A stretch of DNA of 64,000 nucleotides from contig JAIVFI010000011.1 of NCBI GenBank assembly GCA_025558095.1, forward strand, positions 558,001-622,000. Reading direction: 5' to 3'. The stretch is from Hyaloraphidium curvatum SAG 235-1. Its lineage: Eukaryota > Fungi > Monoblepharomycota. Shown here in pieces: positions 12,308-23,367 of this stretch. Within the stretch, counting starts at the first letter, position 1. Each line of letters opens with the position of its first letter. Under the pieces are notes generated by a model. That model worked only from the letters and a program-made list of their open reading frames with translations. It was not told where the DNA came from and did no database searches. The position numbers and the translations under genes were made by a program.

Positions 12308-14451
12308 CTACTCGTCCAGATCCATCCCCTCGCTCCCCGACCCGCTCGCGCCCCGCTTCTTCCTCGCCGGCCCGTCGTCGCTGCTGCTGCTCCTGCTGCT
12401 CGTGCTCGCGCTCCTGCTCCTCTTCCCTCCCCTTCCAGCGGGCGACGGCGACCTCGACCCGAGCCTCCTCCTCCCACCGGGCCTCTCCGCCGGAGAAGCC
12501 GACCGCTTCCGCGGCACCGTGTTAGCGGGCTCGGGGGACGCGCTGCGGCTCCGCTTGGCGGGGGGCGAGGGGGAACGGGAGGGGGAGGGAGGCCGCTTGG
12601 CGGGGCTGCGCTCCTTGACCGCGACGGGCACTTTGGCTGGCGGGCTGCGCGGTCGCGGAGGGGGGCTACGTGCGCGCGGGGGGCTGCGTGCGCGCGGGGG
12701 GCTCCACATGCGCGGGGGAGGGCTGCGACGCGGGGGGGTGCGCCTCCGCGGCGGGCTCCTTCCGAACCGCCTCGGCGGCGGCCCGCGCCGTCCGCGGTCG
12801 TCGTCCGAGTCCGAGTCGGGGCGGCCGCGGAAGACCTTGGCGTCGCGCCTGGGGGGGCTGGGGGAGCGGCGAGGGGGAGAGCGGCGGCGGGGAGGGGAGC
12901 GGCTCCGACGGGGGGGGCTGCGCGTGCGGCGCGGGGGGCTGCGGGAGCGCGAGGGGGAGGGGGTGCGGCGGCGCCGAGGGGGAGACGGGGAGCGGCCACG
13001 GTTCGGGGGAGGAGAGCGGCTGCGGTCGCGCCTGGGGGGCGAGCGGCTGCGCTCCGTGCGCTTGGGGGGCGACGGGCTGCGGCCACGCTTGGGGGGTGAG
13101 CGGCTGCGAGCGCGCTTGGCAGGCGGCGAAGGGCTGCGGCCGCGCTTCGGCGGCGAAGGGCTGCGGCCGCGCTTGAGAGGCGAAGGGCTTCGGCCGCGCT
13201 TGAGAGGCGACGGGCTGCGTCCGCGCTTGGGAGGCGTCGGGCTGCGGCCCCGCTTGGGCGGCGAAGGGCTGCGGCCGCGCTTGGGAGGAGATCGGCTGCG
13301 CTCCATGCGCTTGGGCGGCGACGGGCTCCGCCGGCGTTTCGGAGGCGACCGGCTCCTGCTGCTCCCGCTCTCCGACCTCGACGGCGAACGCCTCGCGTTT
13401 CCCTTTCCCTTCGCCGGCGACGGCGACCGTGACGGCGTGTCCATCCTCCTCCTCGGCGGCGTGCGCGAGCGCCTGCGATCGGGCGAGCGGCTTGGCGCGC
13501 GGCGCTTGGGCGGCGGCGACGCCGAGGGAGGCCTGCGCTTGGCCGGCGGCGAGGGCGAGCGGCGGCGCGGCGGCGGCGAGGCCGAGGGCTCCCTGCGCCT
13601 CGGGGCCGGGGATCGTCCGCGGCCGCCTTCCGAGCGGTCGCGCTGGGGCGCGTCCCGCGGCGGGCCTTCGCCCCTTTCGACGATCTTCGGCCGCACGCGC
13701 TCGCGCTCGGCGTCCCGGCGCTTCCTCTCCTCCTCCATCCACGCCCTGCGCCGCTCGTCGTCCTCCTTCCTGCGCTGCTCGGCCTCCTTTGCGCGCTGCT
13801 CGCGCTCCTTTTCGCGGCGCTCGAACTCCTTTGCGCGCGCCTCGCGCTGGCGCACCCGCTCCTCGTACGCCTCCTTCTCCTTTTCCCGCTCGGCCTCGCG
13901 CTCGGCGGCCTTCTGCGCCTGCCACACCGGGTCGAACGACTTGCCCTCCTCGTAGTCGGCGGCGATGCCCAGCACGGAGGCGAACGCGGCGTTCTGCGCG
14001 CGCTTGGCCTCGGAGATGCCGTGCGTGTCCGACGGCTTGAACTGCCGCCGCTGGCCGTCCTCGCCCTTCCACTTGTCCGCGTCCTTCTTCTCCGCCATCT
14101 CCTTCAGCAGCTTTTCCCTCAGCTCCTGCACCTTTTTCTCCACCTCGTCGTCGGGCTCGCCGTCCTCCTCCAGCTGCTCCTGCAGCGCGAGGCACCGGAT
14201 CTCCACCGCGCGCTTGGCCTCGTGCTCCAGGATGGCCGGGTTCGGCTCGCGCGACAGCATCGACGGCGCCGTGAGCGGCATGCCGCGGGACAGGTCGGCC
14301 GGCGGCTGCGGGGCGGTCAGCGCAACCCAGCGGGGGAGTGGGCGGCGCGCACCTTCTCGCGCCACTTGGGCAGGAACGACTTGTTCTTCTGGACATAGCC
14401 GTTGGTGCCGCTGCCGCGGACCGTCGAGAGGCCGATGCCGTTGTAGCTCAT
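12308..14451 (-). CDS. CWC21: Pre-mRNA splicing factor Cwc21/SRRM2-like with long RS/RP domain, 2 exons
   Basis: N-terminus MSYNGIGLSTVRGSGTNGYVQKN, cwf21 domain ILEHEAKRAVEIRCLAL..VEKKVQELR, then RSPSP repeats. Confidence 0.92.
13070..13295 (-). repeat. Coding 27-nt tandem repeat (KRGRSPSPP-like units) within CWC21
   Basis: About 7-8 near-identical 9-aa units, visible in both DNA and protein. Confidence 0.85.
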
Positions 14452-14944
14452 GGCGTGGGGGGGGGGGTTGGGGGAAGGTGGAAAACGAAGAATGGACGGC
14501 GAGTGACCGCGCCGCGCAGCGCATGCAAGCCAATGCAGAACCACGCGATTTCGCAAGGCAGGCCTCAATGCCAAATGAAAATCGCCAAAGATGATTGCGA
14601 GGAGCACGATGAAGCTGCTCGCCGGGTGCCAGGCGCTGATGCCTCTTGGGATGGCTCGATTCATTCACTCCTTCGCCTTGCGGTCTCGATGAACATTGCT
14701 TCACCAGAAAAAGGTCAGCTCAAGGCCCTGCTTGTGATTCAGAAAGTATCTGGACAATCGACGATGCCTCTACTGGCGTGGTTCATGTTTGTCGCCTAGG
14801 TCGAGATGGGCAAGGACAGCACTTCGACAATCCATTCCGGCAGCACCCCAACCGGACCATTTTACGTTGAACGATTTGAGAAACCTTTTGCATGTTCCGC
14901 GTGGTATCTTCACAACATGATTCCGGACCCCGCTACACGGCACG

Positions 14945-15780
14945 CTAGCATTCCAGCGCCGAGAAGCACGGCGGCGGCCTGTACCCGAGCATCAGCCCCA
15001 GGTTCACGGCGACAAAGACCACGATGTTGATGGCGAAGGTCCCGAGGCTCATGCTCGCCAGGAAGTCGCTGTAGCCGTCGCCCTTCCTGTTTGTGCACGG
15101 GCCGAAGTTCCAGCACCACCGGTCGGCGTCCTCGGCGTCCTGCCCGAGCTCCAGGCGGTCCGCTTCGTTCCGCTTGTCTGGAGGCAGGTACTCGTCTGAC
15201 TTTTTATACGCGTGGTGCTTCCGCTCGTGCCGAATTACAAGCCACTTTTCCAGGATGCTCTCGATGAAGGTGAAGCCGACCAGGATGAGTACCGTGATAT
15301 TGGCTTGACCGTCGAGTAGAAGGTGAAGTTTGCCCCGAACCCCGTGACGTCGGTGATGTTGCGCCTCTCGGCGCCGGTCTGCTCGAGCCCGTTGCGCTTC
15401 ACGTCGATGACCTCGAGGTCCTCGGTCGAATGGTCCCCGTCGCAGACGGTCGTGAGCCAGCCCTCGTAGACGGCCGACTCCTCGGTGAAGGAAAAGTCCC
15501 GCACGCTCATGGTGAAGAGCGAAAAACGACAGGTCGATGCGGACTGCCGCCGCTGCAGCCGGTCCCCGTCCGGCCGCCAATGCATCCCGTCTGCGTCCTG
15601 CCGCCGATGCAGGCTGTCCTCGGGTTCAAGCCCGTCGGGCCGCGGCATCCGACGCAGAGTGGCAAGAACCCCCTTCCCATTGTGGTCGCCGGGTACCCTG
15701 GCGTCCGCCGGCCGGGCGAAAAGCAGCTGCGGTAATGCGAGCGCGAGCAGCGCCAGGGCCCGCCGGGCGAGGGGAGACAT
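14945..15780 (-). pseudogene. Signal-peptide membrane protein split over two frames; possible internally deleted pentameric ligand-gated ion channel-like gene
   Basis: Signal peptide and beta-rich ectodomain (15780-15305) join out of frame to two hydrophobic helices with a charged loop (ANITVLILVGFTFIESIL..DADRWCWNFGP..FAINIVVFVAVNLG); no obvious intron at the junction. Confidence 0.45.
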
Positions 15781-16142
15781 CCTCGCGGTGTTGCGTTAGG
15801 GTGAACTCCTCAGGGGTTCGGGCGGTGCTAAGGCAGCCCCGATCTCGCCTCGCTGGCCGCCCGGGGTTCTCACGGCGCACCGGCGGATGTACGGGCTCCA
15901 ATGGTTCCGCACATAGCACGAGGCATGTCTTTGATGACTCCGGGACGGATTGCGCTGGAGCATTTGGATCAGCTGTGCTGTATCGAACAACTGGGGGATC
16001 TAGAGTGTATCGAGTCGCGATCTATTGCCCGTCCATCCATGCTGCCAAATAGCTCTACAGGTCCTCTTGTCCGTTCCAGTCCAAGACAGTCAGTCAGGCA
16101 TTCCGCAATCCAAGCCAGATCCTATGCCACGCCACCCGCCCC

Positions 16143-18253
16143 TCATCCCGCCCTCGCGAATCCGCTGTCGAGGTTCCTCCAGTCGCCCGCGCCGTAGAAC
16201 TCCTGGTCCCGCTTGGACACGGCCGACGCGACGGCCAGCGAGTCGACCTTGACGATCTTGTGCCCCGCGGCCCGCATCCGCTCCTCGATCTCCGCGGGCA
16301 CCTCGTGCTCCATCCACAGCTCGTTGGGGAACAGCTGGTGGTGCAGCCGCGGGAAGCCGAGGGCCCGCTCGACGGGGAGCTTGCGGTCCAGCACGTCCAC
16401 GAGCACCTGGGCCACCGTCGAGGTGATCTTGGAGCCGCCCGCCGCGCCGACGGCCATGATGACGTCGACGGGCTTGCCCTTCTTGTCGAGGAGCTCGACG
16501 ATGGCGGGGGCCGAGGCCGAGACGGGGCGCTTGTGCGGGGCGATGAAGTTGGCGTGCGAGGGAGGCAGGCCGGTCTGGGAGCCGTTGTTGACGTATCCAG
16601 GCCAGGAGAAATCGTCCATATGGTTGTTGAAAATGACGCCAGTCTGTCGGGAGGAGTGTCAGGATAGACGGGGTTGGTTGTCGAACGTCTGGACCCACCG
16701 TCGGCTCGACCAGCCGGTTGCCCCACCACAGGTTGATCGTGGACGTCATCGACACGGCCCAACCCTGGCCATCGACGATGGAAAAGTGCGTGGTCCCGTG
16801 AATCTCGTTGGGCTCGAACTTCGGGGCGTAGAAGTCGATCTCGTGGGTCCGGTTGTCCATCATCTTCTCCCGAATCTTCCTCGCCCGCTCGCGGTCCGTC
16901 GCCTCCTCGATCACCTTGCTGATGTTGGGCAGGAACTTGAACCCCGGCGCCCATCCCGGGTCGCCGAGCTCGCCGCGGAAGGCGTAGCTCCACTTGAACG
17001 CCTCGACGAGGCGCTGGGTGTAGTGCGCGCGGTCCTTGGACGGAGGTGGGAGCTCGTCCAGGATCGAGAGGATGGAGAGGAGCACGGCGCCCGAGGCCGG
17101 CGGGGGGACGGTGGAGATGCGGTACTTGCCGCGGTAGGTCGTCGAGATCGAGTCCTTGAAAAGGGGGAGGATGAGGAAACGTAGCAAACTTGCGACCACC
17201 GCAATGCCCACCCTGATTTCCGGCTGGTACTCCCTCCAGTCCTCGAGCTTGTGCTGCCCGCCGTGCTGGTTCAGGTACTCGACCATCTTCTCGGTCAGGT
17301 CGCTCCGGTAAAAGGCGTCCGGCCCCTCCTTGGCCACGCGCTCCAGCGTGCGTCCGTACTCGGGCCTGTAGACCATCTCCCCCTCGCGCAGCATGGTCCC
17401 GTTGGGCGCAAAGATCTTCGCGACGTCGGATTCGAGCACCTCGTCGCGGTACCAGTCCAACAGGCGGGCGTGCTGCGGGGTCAGGGCGAAGCCGTTCTTG
17501 GAGATGTTGGCGGCGGGCATGATGAGGTCCGCCCACGGGAGGCGGCCAAAGACCGAGTGGGCGAGGTAGAGGCCGGCAAGCTCGCCGCTGTCACACGACC
17601 GATCGTCAGCCAAGGCCGGCGGGGAGCAGAACGGGGCACCCACGGGACGGCGGTCGACTTACCGCCGACCTGGCTCTCGATCGGGTTCTTCTCGAACATG
17701 TCCCTGTCGGCGGTCGAGGGCGCCGCCTCGCGGAAAATGAAGCTCTTGGACTGGCCGTGGGGCGCCCGCACGATCATGAAGCCGCCCCTGCGAAACGGAT
17801 GGGGTGAGCCCGCGGAGGGAAGAAAAACTCCGTGGCCCGTCCACGGCGCCGAGGAGGTCCGAATCGCCCCAGAAAAGCGGGCTGCGTGCCAATGAATGCT
17901 CGAAGGAGAGCTACGTACCCTCCGATGCCGCTGTGGTAGCTCGCCACGACGCCCAGGCACGCCGCCACCGCGACCGCCGCGTCCACCGCGTTCCCCCCGT
18001 CCGACAGCACCCCCGCCCCGATCTCGGCGCACGCCTTGGACTCGGCCGACACCGCGCCGACGCCCTTGCGCCGGTGCGGGCGGTGTCCCTCCGGTTCGGA
18101 GGCCAGGAGCGCGAACGCGGCGAGGGCGGTCGCGGACGCGACGAGGGCGACGCGGGCGGCCACGGCAAGGGCACCGCGCCGCGCCGGGGGCTTGGAGAGG
18201 CCGCCGGATTCCATGAGGAGCGGCTCGCGGGAGCCGTCGTCCTTGTAGCTCAT
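16143..18253 (-). CDS. Gamma-glutamyltranspeptidase (Ntn hydrolase, T3), type II membrane anchor, multi-exon
   Basis: GGNAVDAAVA, SGIGG/GGF, FREAAP, PPPASG, catalytic HGTTHFS, SMTSTIN, NNHMDDFS, GAAGGSKI, PRLHHQL. Confidence 0.93.
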
Positions 18254-18656
18254 CTTTGAGGGGAGAAGATATTGTCGCCGGGCGGCAGTCGACGCCTGCG
18301 CAGCCACACGTGGACAAACAACGGCCAGAGGGAACCCCGAGATCGCCGCCGAGAGGCTCCTTGTAGATTGGATCGCAGCAGAAAAGATCAGATCGGCGGT
18401 TTAGGGCGGAGCGTGGGGCCGGGCGAGGCGATCGGCGGGCTGCGGGGCGATGGACATCGCCGGCGGTCCTGAATGAATCAACGACGCCCGCATGAAAACG
18501 ATCGCCGCGATCGCACGTTCGAGCATCATGATACCATGTGCCCTTTCCACTTTTCGGACGCCGGGGAGGTGTCGATCGTGCGGTGCGAATCGCCGCCCGC
18601 AAACGCGTCAGGGCTCGCACCACCACTCCCTGATAAGCGTCGCACGCCGCATCGCG

Positions 18657-19985
18657 ATGGCGCGCCCGCTCCTCCTCCTCCTCGCCCTCTCGATGCTCCT
18701 CCTCGGCGCGTCCGCCGCGGTCGCGCCGCGCGAGGACGGCCCCGCGCGCGCGTGGCGGGAGCTGCCCGTGAAGACGCCCGCGCCGGCCATCGGCATCCTC
18801 TCGCAGATCTGCCACACGTGCCCCGGAAAGTGCGGCCCGTCTGCATCGCATTCTTAGCGGTCGGCTGACGTGGTCGGCGCAGGTCCTACATCAGCGCGGC
18901 GTTCGTCAAGCTCGTCGAGATGGCCGGCGCGCGCGCGGTGCCGATCCGGTTCTACCGCTCCGAGGCCGAGCTCCGCCGCATCTTCAAGTCCGTTAACGGG
19001 ATCATCTTCCCCGGCGGGCTGACGGACATCTGGCTGGACGACCCGTACACCGTCGCCGCGAGGAAGCTGTGGACATGGGCCAAGCAGAGCACCGACAAGG
19101 GGGAGCCGTACCCGATCTTTGGCGTGTGCCTGGGGTTCCAGCTGCTGCACGTGCTCGAGGCCAACGTGTCGTTCCCCGAGATCCTCGTCGAGACGGACGC
19201 CGTCGGCTATCCTTCTAGTGTGAAGTTCACCCCCGACGGCACCAAGTCGGAGCTGTTCGGCACCATGGACCCCGTCCTGATCGGCGAGCTCGAGGACGAA
19301 AAGCGCAACATCGTGATGGAGAACCACGAGTTTGGTCTGCCCCCGGAGCGGTACAAGCAGTTCCCGGCCCTGGGCAAGGGGTTCCACTCGCTCAACACGG
19401 CCCTGGACCGCGATGGGGTCGAGTACGTGGCCACGGCGGAGCACTGGAAGTACCCGTTCTTCGGCACGCAGTGGCACCCCGAGAAGGTCGGTGGACGCGC
19501 CCCAAAGGACGTGCTAAACGCTAACCATTCCCCTTCGCTCCACGTCATTCTTCTGCCGCCCGTTGCAGCCCCCGTTCGAGTTCGGCATGCCCGACGTCCC
19601 GCACACCCTCGAGGCCATCCGCGTCGCGCAGCACATGTCCAACGTCTTTGTCGAGATCGCCCGGCGCAACTCGCACGGCTTCGAGTCCCGCGAGGAGGAG
19701 ATCGACAGCATGATCTACAACTGGTGCCCCGCCTACACGCTCGAGGACCAGAACTTCGACCCCACGTACGACGGGCCGGACGCGACCTACTTCTTCGACA
19801 GCCAGAACGAGCCGCCGCACGAGGGGCCCGGGCGGCCGGGCGGGGGCGGCGGAAGCAGGGAGGGGGACAAGGAGAGGGAGCGGCTGCTGGCCAAGCAGAG
19901 GGAGATGGTTAGGGCGCAGATGGTCAAGGAGGGCAGGCCGGTCAAGCAGCGCAAGGCAGGCAAGGTCACGAAGCAGGGTGCCTGA
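18657..19985 (+). CDS. Gamma-glutamyl hydrolase (peptidase C26), secreted/vacuolar, 3 exons
   Basis: Signal peptide, PAIGILSQ, SYISAAFVKLVEMAGAR, NGIIFPGG, nucleophile GVCLGFQ, ENH, TQWHPEK/PPFEF; introns about 18830-18882 and 19487-19568. Confidence 0.92.
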
Positions 19986-20192
19986 ACCGGGGGACCGGGC
20001 CCGGCAGGATGGAGAGCGGGAAAACGGGCATGCCCCTCGCTTAGTGGAGATGTGCTATTCTGCGGTACACTATTGGGCGATCGCGGAGCTTCGGAGGGCG
20101 GTGAGTGATCGAAGGGTCCTCGGCCTGGGTGGCTTAGGATTTGACGCGGTCGCCGAAGTCGCGGACGCGGCCGCAGCAGGATCCGCGCCGCC

Positions 20193-22710
20193 ATGGAATC
20201 TCCGCCGGGCGCCGGAGCCGCGGCCGTTCCGACGGCCGCGCAGTCGCCGACTTTTTCCGCGGTGCTGTGGTCGCCGGGCGGGCCGGGCGGCGCGGCCGAG
20301 CACACGCCGACGTCGGCGGCCCACGGGGCGTCGCCGCACGGGGCGTCGCCTCAGTCGCCCGCTCCGCTGCTTCCCACGATCATAACGACGCCCGCAACGC
20401 CGGGATCCGCCGGATCGGAGGCGCCGGCCGGCGTGGGGCCGCCCGCGCTCGCCGTGGAAGTGCCCGCCTACCGCCCCGCGACGCCCAACAAGGCCAACGC
20501 GTCGCCGCCCGACGTGGTCGCAAAGACCCTCACCTCGCGGGCAGACAGCGACCGCGGCGCCCGCAACGTGCTATTCTCGTACTGCCTCGACATGATCGCC
20601 CTGATCCTGCTGCTGCTCGCGTCGACCGGCACCCCGGCCGGCGCCCGCAGCCTGGCCTGGACCGCCTACGACAACTGCGTGGTCGACGGCGTGCCCAACG
20701 TCGACATTTTCACGGGGTACTGTTGGCCCTGTTGAGCCGTCCCCTATTGGTTCCTGACGCGCCCGCCGTCCAGCGTCTGGGGCCAGTGCGTCGACTTCGA
20801 GGGCCGCACCGGCTGCGCCACCTGGTTCACCGACACCCGCGCCAAGAACAGCTTTGGCACCGCATACGTCTATTCCATGCCGATCCTCGCCATCGTGGGT
20901 CCGCCCGGTCGGCCGCCCGCGGCCTTTGCTGACGACCTCCGCGCCGCAGATCGCCAAGTGCTTCCTCCTCTTCCCGCCCTGCGTCGCGACCTACTTCCTC
21001 CGCGGCCGCGAGTCCTTCATGTTCGTCGCCGGCACCACCGCCCTGGCCATCGCCTGCTGGGTCGCCTCCTGGGTGATGCTGCTCCTCCTGAACCCGCGGA
21101 TCGGGGCGCTGGCGGGGCCGTGTCAGAAGTGGTGGTACGGCGCCGGGTTCTACCGTGGGTTTCCCCTCTCGTGGCTCGGTTTGCTAGCTGCTGATCCTCC
21201 GTTTGGGGCGCCAGTCGGCTGCGTGGCCACGGCGATCATGCTCGCCTCCCTCGTCATCAAGCTCTCGGGCGTCCTCCTTCTCCACCGCGCCGCCGAGAAG
21301 CGGTACGCCGCCGCCGCCGCCGCCGCCGCCGTCCCCATCTCCCCCGCCTCCCCCACCATGCGCGCCGCTCAGCCGGCCAAGCCCCCCGCCCCCGCGCCGA
21401 CGCAGGAGCAGCTCACCGCGCTGCTTCTCGCCTCCGCCGCCGACCGCGACGCGGCGGACCTCGAGGGTGGTGCGGTGTGGGAGCCGGCGGAGGGATCGGA
21501 CGAGACGCTGGCGGAGGGGGACAGCCCGGATCGCGAGGTGTCTGAAGGGGAGGGCAAGGCGTGGGGCGGGGCGCCGGAGCCGCAGCAGGGGGGCCAGACG
21601 GTTCAGGCGGGCCACCAGACCGCGGCGATGCCTCAGCAGGCGCAGGTGCAGGCCTACCAGCAGGCGCAAGCCGTCTCGCAGACCCAGGTCGTCTCGCAGA
21701 CGCAGAACTTCCAGCAGGCGCAGGCGGTCTCGCAGGTGCAGGCTGTTCCTCAACCCCAACCCGCACAACCCGAGGCGCCGCGCGCGGCGGAGGTGGCAGC
21801 GGCAGCGACGGTCGCGGCGTACGCGGCCCAGGGCGCGGCAGCATCGTCGGTCTACGACCCGTCCGTCGCGTCGAACTCGGGCGGGACCGCCACCGGGCGC
21901 AGCCGCACGCCTTCGCCCTCGCGCAACCCGGCGGCAACAGCGCCCGCTGCCAACCCGCAGTACTCTGGCGCGCCGCCGCCCGCGGGCGCTGCCCCCGCCC
22001 CTGCCCCGCCGCCCGTCGCGGCTGCCCCCGCCCCCGGCTCCGCCGCGGCGGTGATCGCCTCCCTCCCCCCCGACCTGCAGCTCTACCTCGCCCAGCACGT
22101 GCAGCAGCAAATCGCGCAGTACGCCCCCGCGATCGCCGAGCACGTCCGCCGCACGTACCCCGCCGCCAGCCCCGCGGACCAGGAGCGCGCCTACGCCTAC
22201 TACGTCGGGCTGTACCGCGAGCAGGTCGAGACCGAGTACGCGGCCTGGGTGGCGGCAAACTACGCGCCCGCCCCCTTGCCCGCCGCCCGCTACCCCTCGG
22301 GGAACCCTATGCAGGCCGCCATGGCCGCCAGCTTCGCGGCCAACCCCTCGGTCGGGCCCTCCTGGCCCGCCGGCGCATCCGCGAGCTTCGGCGCGGGCGC
22401 GGTGCAGGCCTACGGCGCACAGTCGATCCCCATCGCCCGCATGCCGTCCTCGGCGTACGCGTACAACCCCGCCCTCGCCGCCCGCGCGCCGTCGGGGGCC
22501 GTGGCGGGGCAGCAGTACGTCCTCGCGCAGCAGCAGGCCATCGCGGCCGCGCAGCAGCAGCAGGCTATGATGCAGCAGCAGGCGATGATGCAGCAGGCGG
22601 CGTTGCAGCAGCAGATGGCGGCGAGTATGGGCTACGGGATGCCGTTGACCAGGACGCCTTCTAAACCGGCGAGTGTCTACGGCGCCCAAGGGGTCTACCA
22701 ACCCCAGTGA
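20193..22710 (+). CDS. Claudin/SUR7-like four-TM protein with long Pro/Ala/Gln-rich C-terminal tail, multi-exon
   Basis: TM1, then W and a GVWGQC..C loop (claudin-like GLWxxC), three more hydrophobic helices; low-complexity tail; short GT-AG introns. Confidence 0.55.
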
Positions 22711-22833
22711 GGGTGCGCTTAGATGCGCTTATTGGGTCGCTTTGTCTATGTATGGCCCGTTTTCTATTGGATGTCGCGTGCGCTGGATGTTCTCAGAGAG
22801 GCATTAATCGCGGACTAAGCGATCCGGACGTCG

Positions 22834-23177
22834 ATGGAAGTTGGGACGGGCGTCGCCACGAGCTCGGCTCTCCACATCCTCGGCGCCAAGGAGGAGCTCG
22901 AGATCTGGGCTGCCAGCCCTGCGGTGTGCGGTTCGGGTTCAACCTCGCCAAACATCGGCGGCTGCTGGACCAATGGGAAGAGTGGGCGGAAGAGGAGAAA
23001 CGCGAAAGTGACGCGCGCTTCATGCGGAAGGGCTGGTTCTCCGGCAACAGCGACAGCGAAGATGACGAGGACGAGGAGCCTCAAGATGGGCCAGACCTAA
23101 GTTATCTAAGGGCCTTGTTGACGCGTGTGGGAGGGTCGTTTCATCAAGGCGGTAATGGCGGCTTCTTCCTCCTTTGA
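22834..23177 (+). pseudogene. Possible frameshifted 3' fragment of the F-box-like family
   Basis: Two frames join as GAKEELEIWAASPAV/RFGFNL.., resembling GALNELRVWMRAENVTFT at the C-terminus of the 26917-28491 protein; acidic tail. Confidence 0.3.
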
Positions 23178-23367
23178 CGTTGATGTGTATGGGACCAGCA
23201 GCAGTGACGGTAACGGATGTAAGGTGGATGCATCGGAATGAATTTCTAGGAGTGCTTGCAAAGTTGGTTTGATCCCGGAAGGTGCCGTCGTCGTCGCCCC
23301 GGTCGCCGGCCAGGCGCGGCATCAGTGGCTTCGTGCGCGAGCGGAAGCACAAACACCAACGGAGAAA

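Noticed and set aside
13070-13295. Regular 27-nt repeats as a CRISPR-like array
   Set aside because: No unique spacers; coding RS repeat in a eukaryotic gene.
12402-13955. Gly/Arg/Leu repeat ORF
   Set aside because: Antisense of the CWC21 RS repeats.
6259-19985. Sulfur/glutathione cluster (MET5 + GGT)
   Set aside because: Separated by unrelated genes; probably coincidental.
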